From positions 1,600,001-1,664,000 of the forward strand of contig CBDCDZ010000004.1 of assembly GCA_965215565.1 (NCBI GenBank): 64,000 nucleotides of DNA, written 5' to 3'. This DNA comes from Trueperaceae bacterium. GTDB taxonomy: Bacteria; Deinococcota; Deinococci; Deinococcales; Trueperaceae. The translations under genes were made by a program, and so were the position numbers. Under the pieces are notes generated by a model. The model was not told where the DNA came from and searched no databases. It worked only from the letters and a program-made list of their open reading frames with translations. Positions within the stretch are counted from its first letter, which is position 1; every line of letters begins with the position of its first letter. Positions 27,073-37,758 of the stretch are shown piece after piece.

Positions 27073-29343
27073 TCACGAGGTCAAGGTGCCGTAGTAGATT
27101 CGGTTTTCGCTCTGGTTGGCGATGTAAAGACGCTTGGCTGAGGCGTCATAAGCTAGACCTTCAACCCGCATCGTCCCGGTGCCTGGTGCGCTAAATTGGC
27201 AAAGCACGCGCAGCGAGCCCTTCTCGAAGACCGTGATCTGGTTGGCGAGCTTATCACCCGCGAAGAGCAGATTGCCTCCATCAGACGCTAGCGCTCGGCA
27301 CTGCCCGCCCCCTGGCACTGGGAAGGAACGGATGAGCGCGCCCGCGCTGCCGCTTAGCTGGTGAATGCGCGAGACCGTCGAATAGAAAAGCGATGACCCG
27401 TCCCACGCCATGCCCTCGCCGCGCCCGGGCGGTACGGCGACGGAGCCCGTCTGAGCGCCGGTGCTGGGGTCTACGCTGTTGATCCTACCCGCACCCGTGG
27501 TCACATTGGCGACGCGGATGTTCTTCCCGTCCCACGCCATGCTGCCGATGGTGATGTTCCGAGCAGGTTGCACCGAGCGCACCACCGCGCCCGTAGACGG
27601 ATTGAGGAAGTAGATGCGCTCCGCGCCCGCTTTTTGGGTCAGGAAGAGCAAGTTCCGGCGCACCGGGGGCCACCAGATTGGCGGGCGGGGTTGCAGCGCA
27701 ACCGGCTTTTCAGCCTGCAGCGCAACCTCTTGCGCGCCGCCTACCTCTTGCATAACGCCTACCCCTTGCCCGGCACCTACCGCAATGGGCGGACTCGCTA
27801 CGGGGCGCACAGGTGGGGGCGGAAATATCGGGAATTTGAAAGCCCACTTGCTGTAGAAGGCTAAAGCGCTGCTCGAGCCCGCGTTCTTCTGCGGAAAGGG
27901 GAAGTGACCTTCCGGTCTGAAGCGGCAGTGGACGGGCGTGTCACGTAGCGCCCGCGCCGCGTTCACGCGCCCCGCGCCCAAGTCGCCTGCAAAGCCAGGG
28001 TTTTGAGCGTCGATGGGGTCACACGAGTTCTGGACGAGCGTCCGCACCTCTTGGCTCGTCAGGGTGGAGTTTTTCGACCACACCAGCGCGGCGAGCCCGG
28101 CGACGAGCGGAGCCGCCATCGAGGTGCCGCTCTGCGTTTGATAGTTGCCCCCCGGCACCGTAGAGAGGATGTCCACGCCTGGCGCGGACACGTCGATCGT
28201 CGAGCCGTAGTTCGAGAACCAGGCGCGCCGGTCGCGGTGGTCGGTTGCCGCAACGGAGATAACTTGCGGATAAGCGCCCGGAAATTGGGGCCGAACGTCC
28301 ATGTCTCGGTTCTCGTTGCCAGCGGCGAAGACGACTAAGACTCCCTGGTTCGTCGCGTCGATAATAGCGTTGCGGATCGCGATGAAGTTGCCCGACGCCT
28401 TCCAGCTACAGTTGATGACCACCTGCGTGAAGCGTCCTCGGATGCTCGTGACGAAGTTGATGGCGTCCGCGCGGTTCGCGTTCATGCCCGCTTGCAGGTC
28501 TATGCGAATGGGCAGGACGCGGCAGCCCGGAGCCACGCCGAGAACGCCGCCCGCGTTGTCCGCGCCCGCCGCGATGCCCGCGCAGTGCGTCCCGTGACTG
28601 CCCCCGTCCTCCGGGATGAGGTCGTTATCCGCGAAGTCCCAGTCTTCGCCTGCCGGTTGAGGCACCAGGTTGGCGAGCAAGTCGGGGTGGTCTAAATCGA
28701 CGCCCGTGTCGATGACCGCGATCACGACGTTCGGGTCGCCCCGTTCGCTGTCCCACGCGGCGGGGGCGTCCACGTCGGCGTCGGAGGTGCCGCCCGTCTG
28801 ACCGGTGTTGTGAAGGCTCCACTGCTCACCGAAGCGCGTATCGTCAGGGAGGTAGAGGAAGTCGTTGAAGCCGACTTCGGCACCCTCGGCGAACAGGACC
28901 TCCTCTCGCGCGTTAAAGGCTTCGATGGCTCCGAATACGTCGCTATTTTCAATTCCGAGCCAGTAGTAGCCCGGCGTCCACTGTTTTTTCAGCACCGTGG
29001 CGTCAAGCTCTTCGATCAGCTCGAGCTGCCGCGCCTCACTCACCTCTTCGCGGAACTGAACGGTCAGCTCGCCTGGTAACAAGTAGCGCTCGTTACCGTC
29101 GCCGTCCACGAACGCGGTGAGCGCGTCCACAACCGCGCTATTCTCCTCTAGGTCGTTCGACTCACCTACGACTTGGTAGAGACCGAACGTCTGTCCCTCT
29201 TGCAGCGGCAGAGCGGGGCGCAGACCGCCCGTGCTCAGCGACTCGAGGTCTTGCGTGCGTTCCCGGTCCAACTTGAGAACGAGCAGGTCGTCTCGAGGGG
29301 TCAGGGTGACTTTTTCATTACTCAGCTTGTCAGTGTATTGCAT
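27073..29343 (-). CDS. S8 subtilisin-family serine protease with N-terminal pro-region and C-terminal beta-propeller-like domain
   Basis: Catalytic triad VIAVIDTG, SHGTHCAG, SGTSMAAP; repeated MAWDG/LASDG/LAYD blades at the C-terminus. Start moved to ATG 29343 (GAGGAG RBS); no obvious signal peptide. Confidence 0.88.
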   Translation of the reverse strand: MQYTDKLSNEKVTLTPRDDLLVLKLDRERTQDLESLSTGGLRPALPLQEGQTFGLYQVVGESNDLEENSAVVDALTAFVDGDGNERYLLPGELTVQFREEVSEARQLELIEELDATVLKKQWTPGYYWLGIENSDVFGAIEAFNAREEVLFAEGAEVGFNDFLYLPDDTRFGEQWSLHNTGQTGGTSDADVDAPAAWDSERGDPNVVIAVIDTGVDLDHPDLLANLVPQPAGEDWDFADNDLIPEDGGSHGTHCAGIAAGADNAGGVLGVAPGCRVLPIRIDLQAGMNANRADAINFVTSIRGRFTQVVINCSWKASGNFIAIRNAIIDATNQGVLVVFAAGNENRDMDVRPQFPGAYPQVISVAATDHRDRRAWFSNYGSTIDVSAPGVDILSTVPGGNYQTQSGTSMAAPLVAGLAALVWSKNSTLTSQEVRTLVQNSCDPIDAQNPGFAGDLGAGRVNAARALRDTPVHCRFRPEGHFPFPQKNAGSSSALAFYSKWAFKFPIFPPPPVRPVASPPIAVGAGQGVGVMQEVGGAQEVALQAEKPVALQPRPPIWWPPVRRNLLFLTQKAGAERIYFLNPSTGAVVRSVQPARNITIGSMAWDGKNIRVANVTTGAGRINSVDPSTGAQTGSVAVPPGRGEGMAWDGSSLFYSTVSRIHQLSGSAGALIRSFPVPGGGQCRALASDGGNLLFAGDKLANQITVFEKGSLRVLCQFSAPGTGTMRVEGLAYDASAKRLYIANQSENRIYYGTLTS

Positions 29344-29590
29344 CAGATTTCTCCTCATATCAAGTTTTTCAAGGTTGCAGTATCGGTTAGCCAGTACTGG
29401 CTCTACGTCGTTTCTCGTTTCGAAAGTGCGTGTTTCCTTTCGTACGCCGTCCTTAAACACCGTGAGGGCTGGGAACGGCGCACGAGGGTCAGGTTTCTAG
29501 TGGCAACTGCGAGGGGCGTTCACGCGCAGCGCTTTTCTTCCTTTTGCAAGCATTTATCACTCCGATAGGTTCTCGGCTTCAGCGTCTTCC

Positions 29591-30580
29591 TCAAAAGGGC
29601 TCTGAAGAGGCGCTCAACTGACCGTGTCTAAACGCGCTTTCAACATGACCTGCTACGTCATCTGTCATCACGTCGTTGTAGGCATGTTGGCTTACAGGAA
29701 CGACGCCCGCTTCTGCTAGTGCGTACTGTCCTTCGTCGCTGTAGAGACGTTCAAGCAAATGTAATGCGGCTTCTTCACCTACGTGTTCAGGTACGCTGAC
29801 TTGTAGGGGTGAAACAAGAGGTTGAAGCCCCTCACCGTGAAGTTGCACCAGTTCGCCCGCTAAGTCCAGATGTCTCAAGTCGCCGTAGTCCACGATGATG
29901 AGACCGAAGTCGTTGACGTGCTTGTTCAAGTCGTGAATGTCCAGCGTCTCCACCTCGAGCCCGCTGCCAACACTGATATACTTGCAAATCTCAGGCACAG
30001 GACGCTGCTGGCAGAAAGAATCCCACGGACCGCCAGGGATATATTTCCCAACCTTGGCGACGCCCAGATTGGCCTCTGCAACGATTTGGCTCAACGTGTC
30101 GCCACCAATCTGGCTCAAGTAGTGTTCGCTGTAGCCAAAATCGGCAACCCGCTCGAGCAACTCGGGCGTGGCGTAAACCGCTGTGAAGTCGAACCCCACG
30201 CTTAGAGCGCCGGTGCGCGGGTCTGGTTCAGGGTTGCCATCCTCATCGCAGGGGATGAGTTGGCACTGGTTTCTAATGCGTTTAATCTCTTTGTCGAACT
30301 CCTCAGGATCGATCCAGATAGGAGGAGGCCAAACGAGGTCTGGCGTAATGTCGTAGGACACCACCCCTGCGCCGTACTCCGCCGCTGCACCCGCAAGCTC
30401 CACAGTCGGAGCGAAGCGAGCATCAAGCACTTGACTCAGCGGCTCACTGAGTCCCTCGATATCTGTCACGACAGAAACCTCGCCGTACCCTAGACTTTCT
30501 AGCGACGCTTCGGAGTCTTGGCTACACGCCGCCAGCACCCCGCTAAAAACTACAAGACCGAACAGAACGAACTTTTTCAT
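29591..30580 (-). CDS. Lipoprotein, possibly a divergent PstS-like periplasmic-binding fold
   Basis: MKKFVLFG...LAAC lipobox after AGGAGGAG; C-terminal LYSDEGQYALAEAGVVPV resembles the PstS/PBP C-terminal motif. Confidence 0.55.
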   Translation of the reverse strand: MKKFVLFGLVVFSGVLAACSQDSEASLESLGYGEVSVVTDIEGLSEPLSQVLDARFAPTVELAGAAAEYGAGVVSYDITPDLVWPPPIWIDPEEFDKEIKRIRNQCQLIPCDEDGNPEPDPRTGALSVGFDFTAVYATPELLERVADFGYSEHYLSQIGGDTLSQIVAEANLGVAKVGKYIPGGPWDSFCQQRPVPEICKYISVGSGLEVETLDIHDLNKHVNDFGLIIVDYGDLRHLDLAGELVQLHGEGLQPLVSPLQVSVPEHVGEEAALHLLERLYSDEGQYALAEAGVVPVSQHAYNDVMTDDVAGHVESAFRHGQLSASSEPF

Positions 30581-31036
30581 CTCTCCTCCTTTTCGCCATC
30601 TGTTATGACGGCTTGGTCGAACCGAAAGTAGACCTTCTAAACGAATAGTGGATAGGTAATGCTTCACCAAATCTCCTTATAGCGAACACGTGTCTTTCTC
30701 CTTGCGTTTCGGGTACGGGCTTGTGCGCCCTTCCGAAACGTGCCTCTCGGTGTGGAACCTGCAGCTCCGGCGCGTCCCCACCTAGTTCCTCCTCTCTGCT
30801 GCTCTTTCGGAGTGTGCAAGGGGGGCGTAAATCGGCCGTAAACTGCACGCCGCAGAGAGGGCGAAAAGCCCGCGCGGAGAAGGCACCCTTCAAAAAGTCG
30901 TCGTCTCACGTCTAACTCATGCTAGACTGAGCCCAGGGCACCTCAACCGCATACCGCTGACGCCGCACCTCGCGCTCATGAGAGGAACGTTTAAGCTGAC
31001 CTTTTAGCCGAACCTATTCCAGAGAGGACCCTCCGT

Positions 31037-33646
31037 ATGGACCAGCTCGCGCTCACGCTGTTGGGCACACCTCAAGTCCGCTACGAGGGGCAGACGTTAG
31101 CTCTTCAAAGTCGCCACCTTGCCCTCGTCAGCTACGCCGCGCTGCAAGGACCCTGCAGCCGAGACGAACTCACCGAAGTTTTGTGGGGCGCGAAGCGCAG
31201 CGCAAACCTGCGCGTCGCGCTCTCCAAACTGCGCAAGCAGCCCGGCGCGGCGCGCTGGCTCGAGGACGACGAGCGCCTCAGCGTCCGGGTGCAGAGCGAC
31301 GTAGGCATGTTGGAGGAGGCGCGGGAGCGAGACAGGCTCTCTGCGGAGGTGTTGGCGCACTTAGAGCGCGTCGCCCACCCGGAAGGGGGCGGGCTGCTCC
31401 TCGGTCTCAGCGCTCCGACGCCCGCCTTCGAGACATGGCTGGGCGAGCAGCGGCGGCGGGCGGACGCGCTCGTCGAAGACCTCTTGCTGAGGGCGGCGGA
31501 AGAGGTTCGGGAAGGTGGGCAAGTTGGGCGCGCCCGCTCGCTCGTAGAGACGCTGTTAGCGCGAGACCCCTTTAACGAAGCCGCCTATAGGTTGCTCATG
31601 CAGCTCGAGGTGGCGCAGGGACAGCCCGAAGCGGCGCAAGAGGTCTTCGAGCGCCTGCGGCGAACGCTCAAAGAGCAACTCGGTGAGGAGCCGAGCGAGG
31701 AAATGTGCGCCTTGCACAAGCAACTGCTTGGCGCGGGGACCGGTGCTCGCGGGCGGTACTTGCGGCTGGGCGACCCCGTACCTGGAAAGGCTGAATACCT
31801 TCTCGGACGTGCTGAACTGCTAGAACATGTCCACGCAGCCCTGGAGTCCGACCCCGTGCTGCTCTACGGACTCGGCGGCGTCGGCAAGACGGCGCTCGCC
31901 GCCGAAGTCGCCTCGGGTTATCTGCAGAAGGGAGATGTCCTCTGGTTGCAAGCGGGTTTAAGTCGTGCGGATGAGCTTCTCGAGGCGGCAGGACAGTTAC
32001 TACAGATACAAGGAGTAGCCTCAAAGCCGGAACGCCTCGAAGCCACACTGTCCGATGGGACCGTCGGACTTTTGGTCATTGATGACGCTTGGAACGAGGC
32101 GGCGCTGCAGGAGCTGCGGGATTACGTGCCGCACGGTCTTCCCCTCCTCGTGACCGCTAGGCAGCGTTTCAGAAACCTCAACCGTTTCGACGTTACCGTT
32201 CTCCTTCGGACTGACGCACAAAAGCTGCTCGCACGCGAAGCAGGTCAGCTCCTTCCTGTAGAGGAGAGCGACACCGTCTGCGCGGTGCTCGGCGACCACC
32301 CTTTCGCGTTGCGACTCGCGGGCGCGAAGCTCAAGCAGGACCGGCTCACCCCGGTTCAACTGCTGGCTCAGCTTGCAGATGCGCCCCATCACCTCGTCTC
32401 CCCGAGGGGCTGGCGCGAGAGCGGACGTGAAAGCTTTAGCGCCTTGTTGCAAGCGAGCCTAGAAACGCTCTCCGACGATGCGTACTATGCGTTTCTCGCC
32501 ATAGGTGCCCTCGCCTCGGGCGGGGCGAGCGCGCTGCTACTCGCCCAGGTGCTGCAACGCGACCCCGACCTCATCGAGGCGGCGCTCATCGAGTTGCACA
32601 CCCGCGCCCTAGCTGAGCGCGTAGCGACGCCGGGCAGTGACCTCGTGCGCTACGCCCTGCACGACCTCTCGCACAGCTTTGCCAGGGAGAACAACATCGT
32701 GAGGTCTGGAACGGTCATTCGCGCTTGTCTCGAATTCACTGCTGAAAGGCGAGCAGATTTCCAAGCCGTAGATATCGAGATCGGCAATATCATCGGGGCA
32801 CTGGAGATGGCTCGCGAACTGAGTGACAAAGCGGGTCTAGTAGCTATAATGGCTAATTTAGCCGTCGGCGAGACCTACTTTCTAGCTCGTGGTCACTCGC
32901 CGCGCTCGTTAGCCCTTTTAGAGGTCGGAATAAGCTGGGCTAAGGAGCGCGGTCAGTTACATAAGGCACATCACTTTGCGACGAATCTCGGAAATGCCCG
33001 ACGTGTACAGCACCGGGATTTCACACGCGCGCTTAAAGCTTATGGCGAGGGCGCGCAGCTCGCTCGGCTTTCGAAAGACCCCGCTAGAGAGGCTGTTCTA
33101 CTCTGTTTATGTGCAGTGTGCCAACGAAATCTCGGTTTAGAAAGCGAGACCAATTTCGAGCGGGCTTATGCGTTGGCGCAGGGCGCGAAGGACGATGACG
33201 CGCTCGGACAAATTCTTCAGAATCGCGCCTACGTCGCCGCGCTCGACCAGGCTTGGGAGACGGTCGAACGTTATAGCAAGGAGGGTGTTGATCTGGCTCG
33301 CGCTATGCTCGTGAGCGGAGAAGGGGACCGTGCGCGCTCTGACAACCTGCTCTTTTATAGCTTGCTCACCTTAGGCGAGGCGAGGCGCAACCTAGGATCG
33401 GTTGACGAGGCGTTGCGTCTAAGGAACGAAGCGCTCGCGCTCGCGGAGTCACGCGATAACTTGCTATGGCAAGCCTATGCGCATCACGATATCGGAGAGA
33501 TGTATTTCGAGATAGGTCAGGCCGAGCTGAGTACGGTGTATCTGAAGAGAGCCGCCCATCTCTACACGCTAAGCCACGCCGAAGCGGAAGTGAGAGAGGT
33601 AGAAGCGCTACTTAGCGGCGCGAGTTTACGCCGAATTAACGCCTGA
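31037..33646 (+). CDS. SARP/BTAD-NB-ARC-like STAND NTPase-TPR transcriptional regulator
   Basis: LTLLGTPQV, SRDELTEVLW..ANLRVALSKLRK, DPFNEAAYRLLM (BTAD), LYGLGGVGKTALA, LLVIDDAW, DHPFALRLAG, C-terminal TPRs. Confidence 0.88.
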   Translation: MDQLALTLLGTPQVRYEGQTLALQSRHLALVSYAALQGPCSRDELTEVLWGAKRSANLRVALSKLRKQPGAARWLEDDERLSVRVQSDVGMLEEARERDRLSAEVLAHLERVAHPEGGGLLLGLSAPTPAFETWLGEQRRRADALVEDLLLRAAEEVREGGQVGRARSLVETLLARDPFNEAAYRLLMQLEVAQGQPEAAQEVFERLRRTLKEQLGEEPSEEMCALHKQLLGAGTGARGRYLRLGDPVPGKAEYLLGRAELLEHVHAALESDPVLLYGLGGVGKTALAAEVASGYLQKGDVLWLQAGLSRADELLEAAGQLLQIQGVASKPERLEATLSDGTVGLLVIDDAWNEAALQELRDYVPHGLPLLVTARQRFRNLNRFDVTVLLRTDAQKLLAREAGQLLPVEESDTVCAVLGDHPFALRLAGAKLKQDRLTPVQLLAQLADAPHHLVSPRGWRESGRESFSALLQASLETLSDDAYYAFLAIGALASGGASALLLAQVLQRDPDLIEAALIELHTRALAERVATPGSDLVRYALHDLSHSFARENNIVRSGTVIRACLEFTAERRADFQAVDIEIGNIIGALEMARELSDKAGLVAIMANLAVGETYFLARGHSPRSLALLEVGISWAKERGQLHKAHHFATNLGNARRVQHRDFTRALKAYGEGAQLARLSKDPAREAVLLCLCAVCQRNLGLESETNFERAYALAQGAKDDDALGQILQNRAYVAALDQAWETVERYSKEGVDLARAMLVSGEGDRARSDNLLFYSLLTLGEARRNLGSVDEALRLRNEALALAESRDNLLWQAYAHHDIGEMYFEIGQAELSTVYLKRAAHLYTLSHAEAEVREVEALLSGASLRRINA

Positions 33647-33676
33647 GTTATACGCTTCTTCTTGGAGGTACGACAC

Positions 33677-33847
33677 ATGAAAAAGTTCTTGGAATGGTTG
33701 AAAGCGTTCTTCTTTGGTAGGAGCGCCGACACGAGAGCTAACCCGAAGAAGAGCGATCAGCCTGACAGCAAAATAGGTGCCGCCGAAGACGAGCATAGAA
33801 TTGGTGATGATGAACCCGATAGTGTTCCTCGCGCGAGGACTGGGTAG
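33677..33847 (+). CDS. Small protein (56 aa)
   Basis: GGAGG RBS, then MKKFLEWLKAFFFG (amphipathic) and a polar/acidic tail. Confidence 0.5.
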   Translation: MKKFLEWLKAFFFGRSADTRANPKKSDQPDSKIGAAEDEHRIGDDEPDSVPRARTG

Positions 33848-34015
33848 CAAAAGATGAGGTTGCTGGTTCGTTCCTGGCGGGCACAAATGACTGCGCGAAA
33901 GAGGCGCTGTCGAGATTAAAGAGGATGTCTGGTGCACTAGCTTACCTCAACCATGTTGTTGTCCGAAAGTCAATCGCGACTGCTTCTAGGCGTTGTTTTC
34001 GTACGAGAGGTTGAT

Positions 34016-35080
34016 ATGACCTTCGCAGAACGCTTGAATCATCTTTTAGAGGCGAGCAAAGAACCCTTTTCTGGAGTCATTTTCATAACTCAGGGCGGGA
34101 AAGCTCTGGCTAGTGTAACCGCAGGCTACGCCAGTCGCCCTTGGCAAATTGAGAACCGCCTCGAGACCCGCTTCCGCATTGCCTCAATCTCAAAAATGTT
34201 CACCGCCGTCTCGGTACTGCAACTCATCGACGCGGGCGCGCTGACGTTAGAGACCCGCGTCGCCGCGTTTCTAAATCTGGAAGATACGGCGATACCCGAA
34301 GAGGTCACCGTCTATCACCTCTTGACCATGACCGCAGGCATCGCCGACTGGTTCGACGAGTCGGGCGACGTGGAGGGGTGGGCGGCGCTGCGCCGCGCGC
34401 ACCCGCTCTACCTCTTGCGGCGCAACGAGGATTACCTGCCGCTCTTCGTGAACGCGCCGCCCGTTGCGCCCGTCGGGGCGGGGCACCGCTACAGCAACTC
34501 GAGCTATATCCTGCTCGGTCTGATGGTCGAGCAGGCATCCGGGCTTCCCTACTTCGACTATGTGCGGCGGCACGTCTTCGCGCAGGCGCGGATGACCCGC
34601 TCGGACTTCGTGGCATTAGACAGCGTGCAAGGTGAGGTCGCCGAGGGCTACGTCCCCGTTACCGACGCGCAGGGCGCGCGCACGGGTTGGCAGAAGAACC
34701 TCTACTTAGTGACGCCAGAAGCTGCGGCAGACGGCGGCGCGACCTCGACGGCTGAAGACCTGTGCCGCTTCCTCAAAATGCTCAGGGAGGGGCGGCTCTT
34801 GTCCCATGAGTTGACCCAAGAGGTGCTGACGCCCAAAGTGCTCGAGGACGACGAACCCTACCGGGGCTACATCTGGAAGTACGGCTACGGACTCCTCTTC
34901 TTGTTGGACGACGAGGACCAGGTTGTGCGCTGGGGGCACACCGGCGAGGAGGAGGGGGTGAGCTGCCGCCTGCATCACTACCCACAAAAAGATGTCGATG
35001 TCGCTATCCTCAGCAACCAGAGCGGGGGCGCGGGCAGCTTGACATGGGCGCTGCACGACCTCGTCACGTCGATTCTCTAA
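34016..35080 (+). CDS. Serine hydrolase, beta-lactamase / class C family
   Basis: FRIASISKMFT (SxxK), LLTMTAG, YSNSSY, WGHTG. Start moved to ATG 34016 (GAGG RBS). Confidence 0.88.
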   Translation: MTFAERLNHLLEASKEPFSGVIFITQGGKALASVTAGYASRPWQIENRLETRFRIASISKMFTAVSVLQLIDAGALTLETRVAAFLNLEDTAIPEEVTVYHLLTMTAGIADWFDESGDVEGWAALRRAHPLYLLRRNEDYLPLFVNAPPVAPVGAGHRYSNSSYILLGLMVEQASGLPYFDYVRRHVFAQARMTRSDFVALDSVQGEVAEGYVPVTDAQGARTGWQKNLYLVTPEAAADGGATSTAEDLCRFLKMLREGRLLSHELTQEVLTPKVLEDDEPYRGYIWKYGYGLLFLLDDEDQVVRWGHTGEEEGVSCRLHHYPQKDVDVAILSNQSGGAGSLTWALHDLVTSIL

Positions 35081-35105
35081 TCCGAATTTAGTAGCGACTC
35101 TGGAA

Positions 35106-36287
35106 TCACGTCGTCAGCGCTGCTATGCCCGGCAGCGTCTGCCCCTCCAGAAACTCCAGCGACGCGCCGCCGCCCGTCGAGATGTGGCTGATGGCGTCTG
35201 CTAAGCCCGAGGCGTTGACCGCCGCCACCGAGTCGCCGCCGCCCACGATGGAATAGGCGTCTGAGGAGGCGACGCTCTGGGCGATCTCTTTTGTGCCGGT
35301 ATCAAAAGGCGGCGTTTCGAAGACGCCCAAGGGTCCGTTCCAGAAGATGGTCTTCGCGCCCTTCAGCACCTCTTGATAGTGCGAAACCGCCTCCGGTCCC
35401 GCGTCCAACCCCACGTAGCCCTCGGGAATCTCGCCCGAGGGATGCACTTCGGTCTCTGCGCCCTCTTCAATCTCTCTCGCGCAGACCGAGTCTTGTGGCA
35501 GGTGGACCGTCACGCCTTTTTGTTCGGCGCGCCCTAGCACGTTTTTGGCGGTGTCTAACTTATCCTCTTCCACCAAAGATCTGCCGACTTGCCCACCCTT
35601 CGCCTTGAAAAAGGTGTACGCCATCGCGCCGCCGATGAGGATGTCGTCGGCTAAGTCCAAGAGGTTTTCGATGACGCCGATCTTATCCGAGACCTTTGCG
35701 CCGCCCAGAATGACCTTGAAGGGCTTTTCGGGATTGTCCAAGAGGTTCGTCAAGACCTCGACCTCTCGAGCTAAGAGCAGCCCCGCCGCGCTCGGCAAGA
35801 GATGCGCGACGCCTTCGGTGGAGGCGTGCGCGCGGTGGGCCGCGCCGAAAGCGTCGTTGACGTAGACCTCACCGTACGCGGCGAGTTCGCCTGCGAAGTC
35901 CGCGTCGTTTTTGGTCTCGCGTGAGTCGAAGCGGAGGTTCTCGAGCAAGGTTACACTGCCCTCAGGTGCGCCCTGAACGAACTGCGCGGCTTTGGATGTG
36001 GCGGGTCCCTGCGCAGCTTCATAGCGCACCTCTTGACCGAGCAGTTCCGAGAGCCTCTGTGCCACAGGTCCCAAGCGGTACTTGTCCTCCGCACCCTTAG
36101 GACGTCCCAAGTGGCTCATCAGGATGAGGGTGGCATTCTGGTCCAAGAGGTGTTTGATGGTCGGCAGCGTCGCCTGGATGCGGCTGTCGTCCGTAACCTC
36201 GCCGTTTTTAAGCGGCACGTTAAAGTCCGCGCGCATCAGCACGCGCTTGTTGCTTACGTCAAGGTCATCTAAAGTTCTAAGTGCCAT
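35106..36287 (-). CDS. pgk: Phosphoglycerate kinase
   Basis: RADFNVP, SHLGRP, LLENLRF, NDAFGAAHRAH, GGAKVSDKI, WNGPLGVFE, HISTGGGASLE. Confidence 0.98.
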   Translation of the reverse strand: MALRTLDDLDVSNKRVLMRADFNVPLKNGEVTDDSRIQATLPTIKHLLDQNATLILMSHLGRPKGAEDKYRLGPVAQRLSELLGQEVRYEAAQGPATSKAAQFVQGAPEGSVTLLENLRFDSRETKNDADFAGELAAYGEVYVNDAFGAAHRAHASTEGVAHLLPSAAGLLLAREVEVLTNLLDNPEKPFKVILGGAKVSDKIGVIENLLDLADDILIGGAMAYTFFKAKGGQVGRSLVEEDKLDTAKNVLGRAEQKGVTVHLPQDSVCAREIEEGAETEVHPSGEIPEGYVGLDAGPEAVSHYQEVLKGAKTIFWNGPLGVFETPPFDTGTKEIAQSVASSDAYSIVGGGDSVAAVNASGLADAISHISTGGGASLEFLEGQTLPGIAALTT

Positions 36288-36510
36288 GAAGCTCCTTTAT
36301 TTGTAGAGTACAGGGGAGTCAGGTGGAATCTTACAGATGCGGCAATCCAAAGTAGTAATGAGTTCCAAGCAATCCAGTCGAGCTGGTGTACGTAAGTCCT
36401 CACGTAGTGAACGAACGGTGAGCAATGAGTCTAAAGGTTTTCACTCATTGCTCGTTACGGGCGAGCCCTGCCGTTTCATTGATTTCAACTCGTTGCTGTA
36501 AACCTATGCT

Positions 36511-36543
36511 AAAAAAGCGCCGCGCTCAGTTAGGCGCGGCAGC
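36511..36543 (-). terminator. Intrinsic terminator after gap
   Basis: GCCGCGC stem with an 8-nt loop, followed shortly by T6 on the minus strand. Confidence 0.6.
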
Positions 36544-36562
36544 TCTCTCCAGACAGGTTTTA

Positions 36563-37724
<1,162 letters not shown>

Positions 37725-37758
37725 GAACGCTATGAAGAAGAGGGCAAGAGGTCGAAGC

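Noticed and set aside
29812..29833. AAACAAGAGGTTGAAGCCCCTC resembling the family B core
   Set aside because: Inside the lipoprotein CDS, with an imperfect stem and no flanking family B similarity; probably chance.
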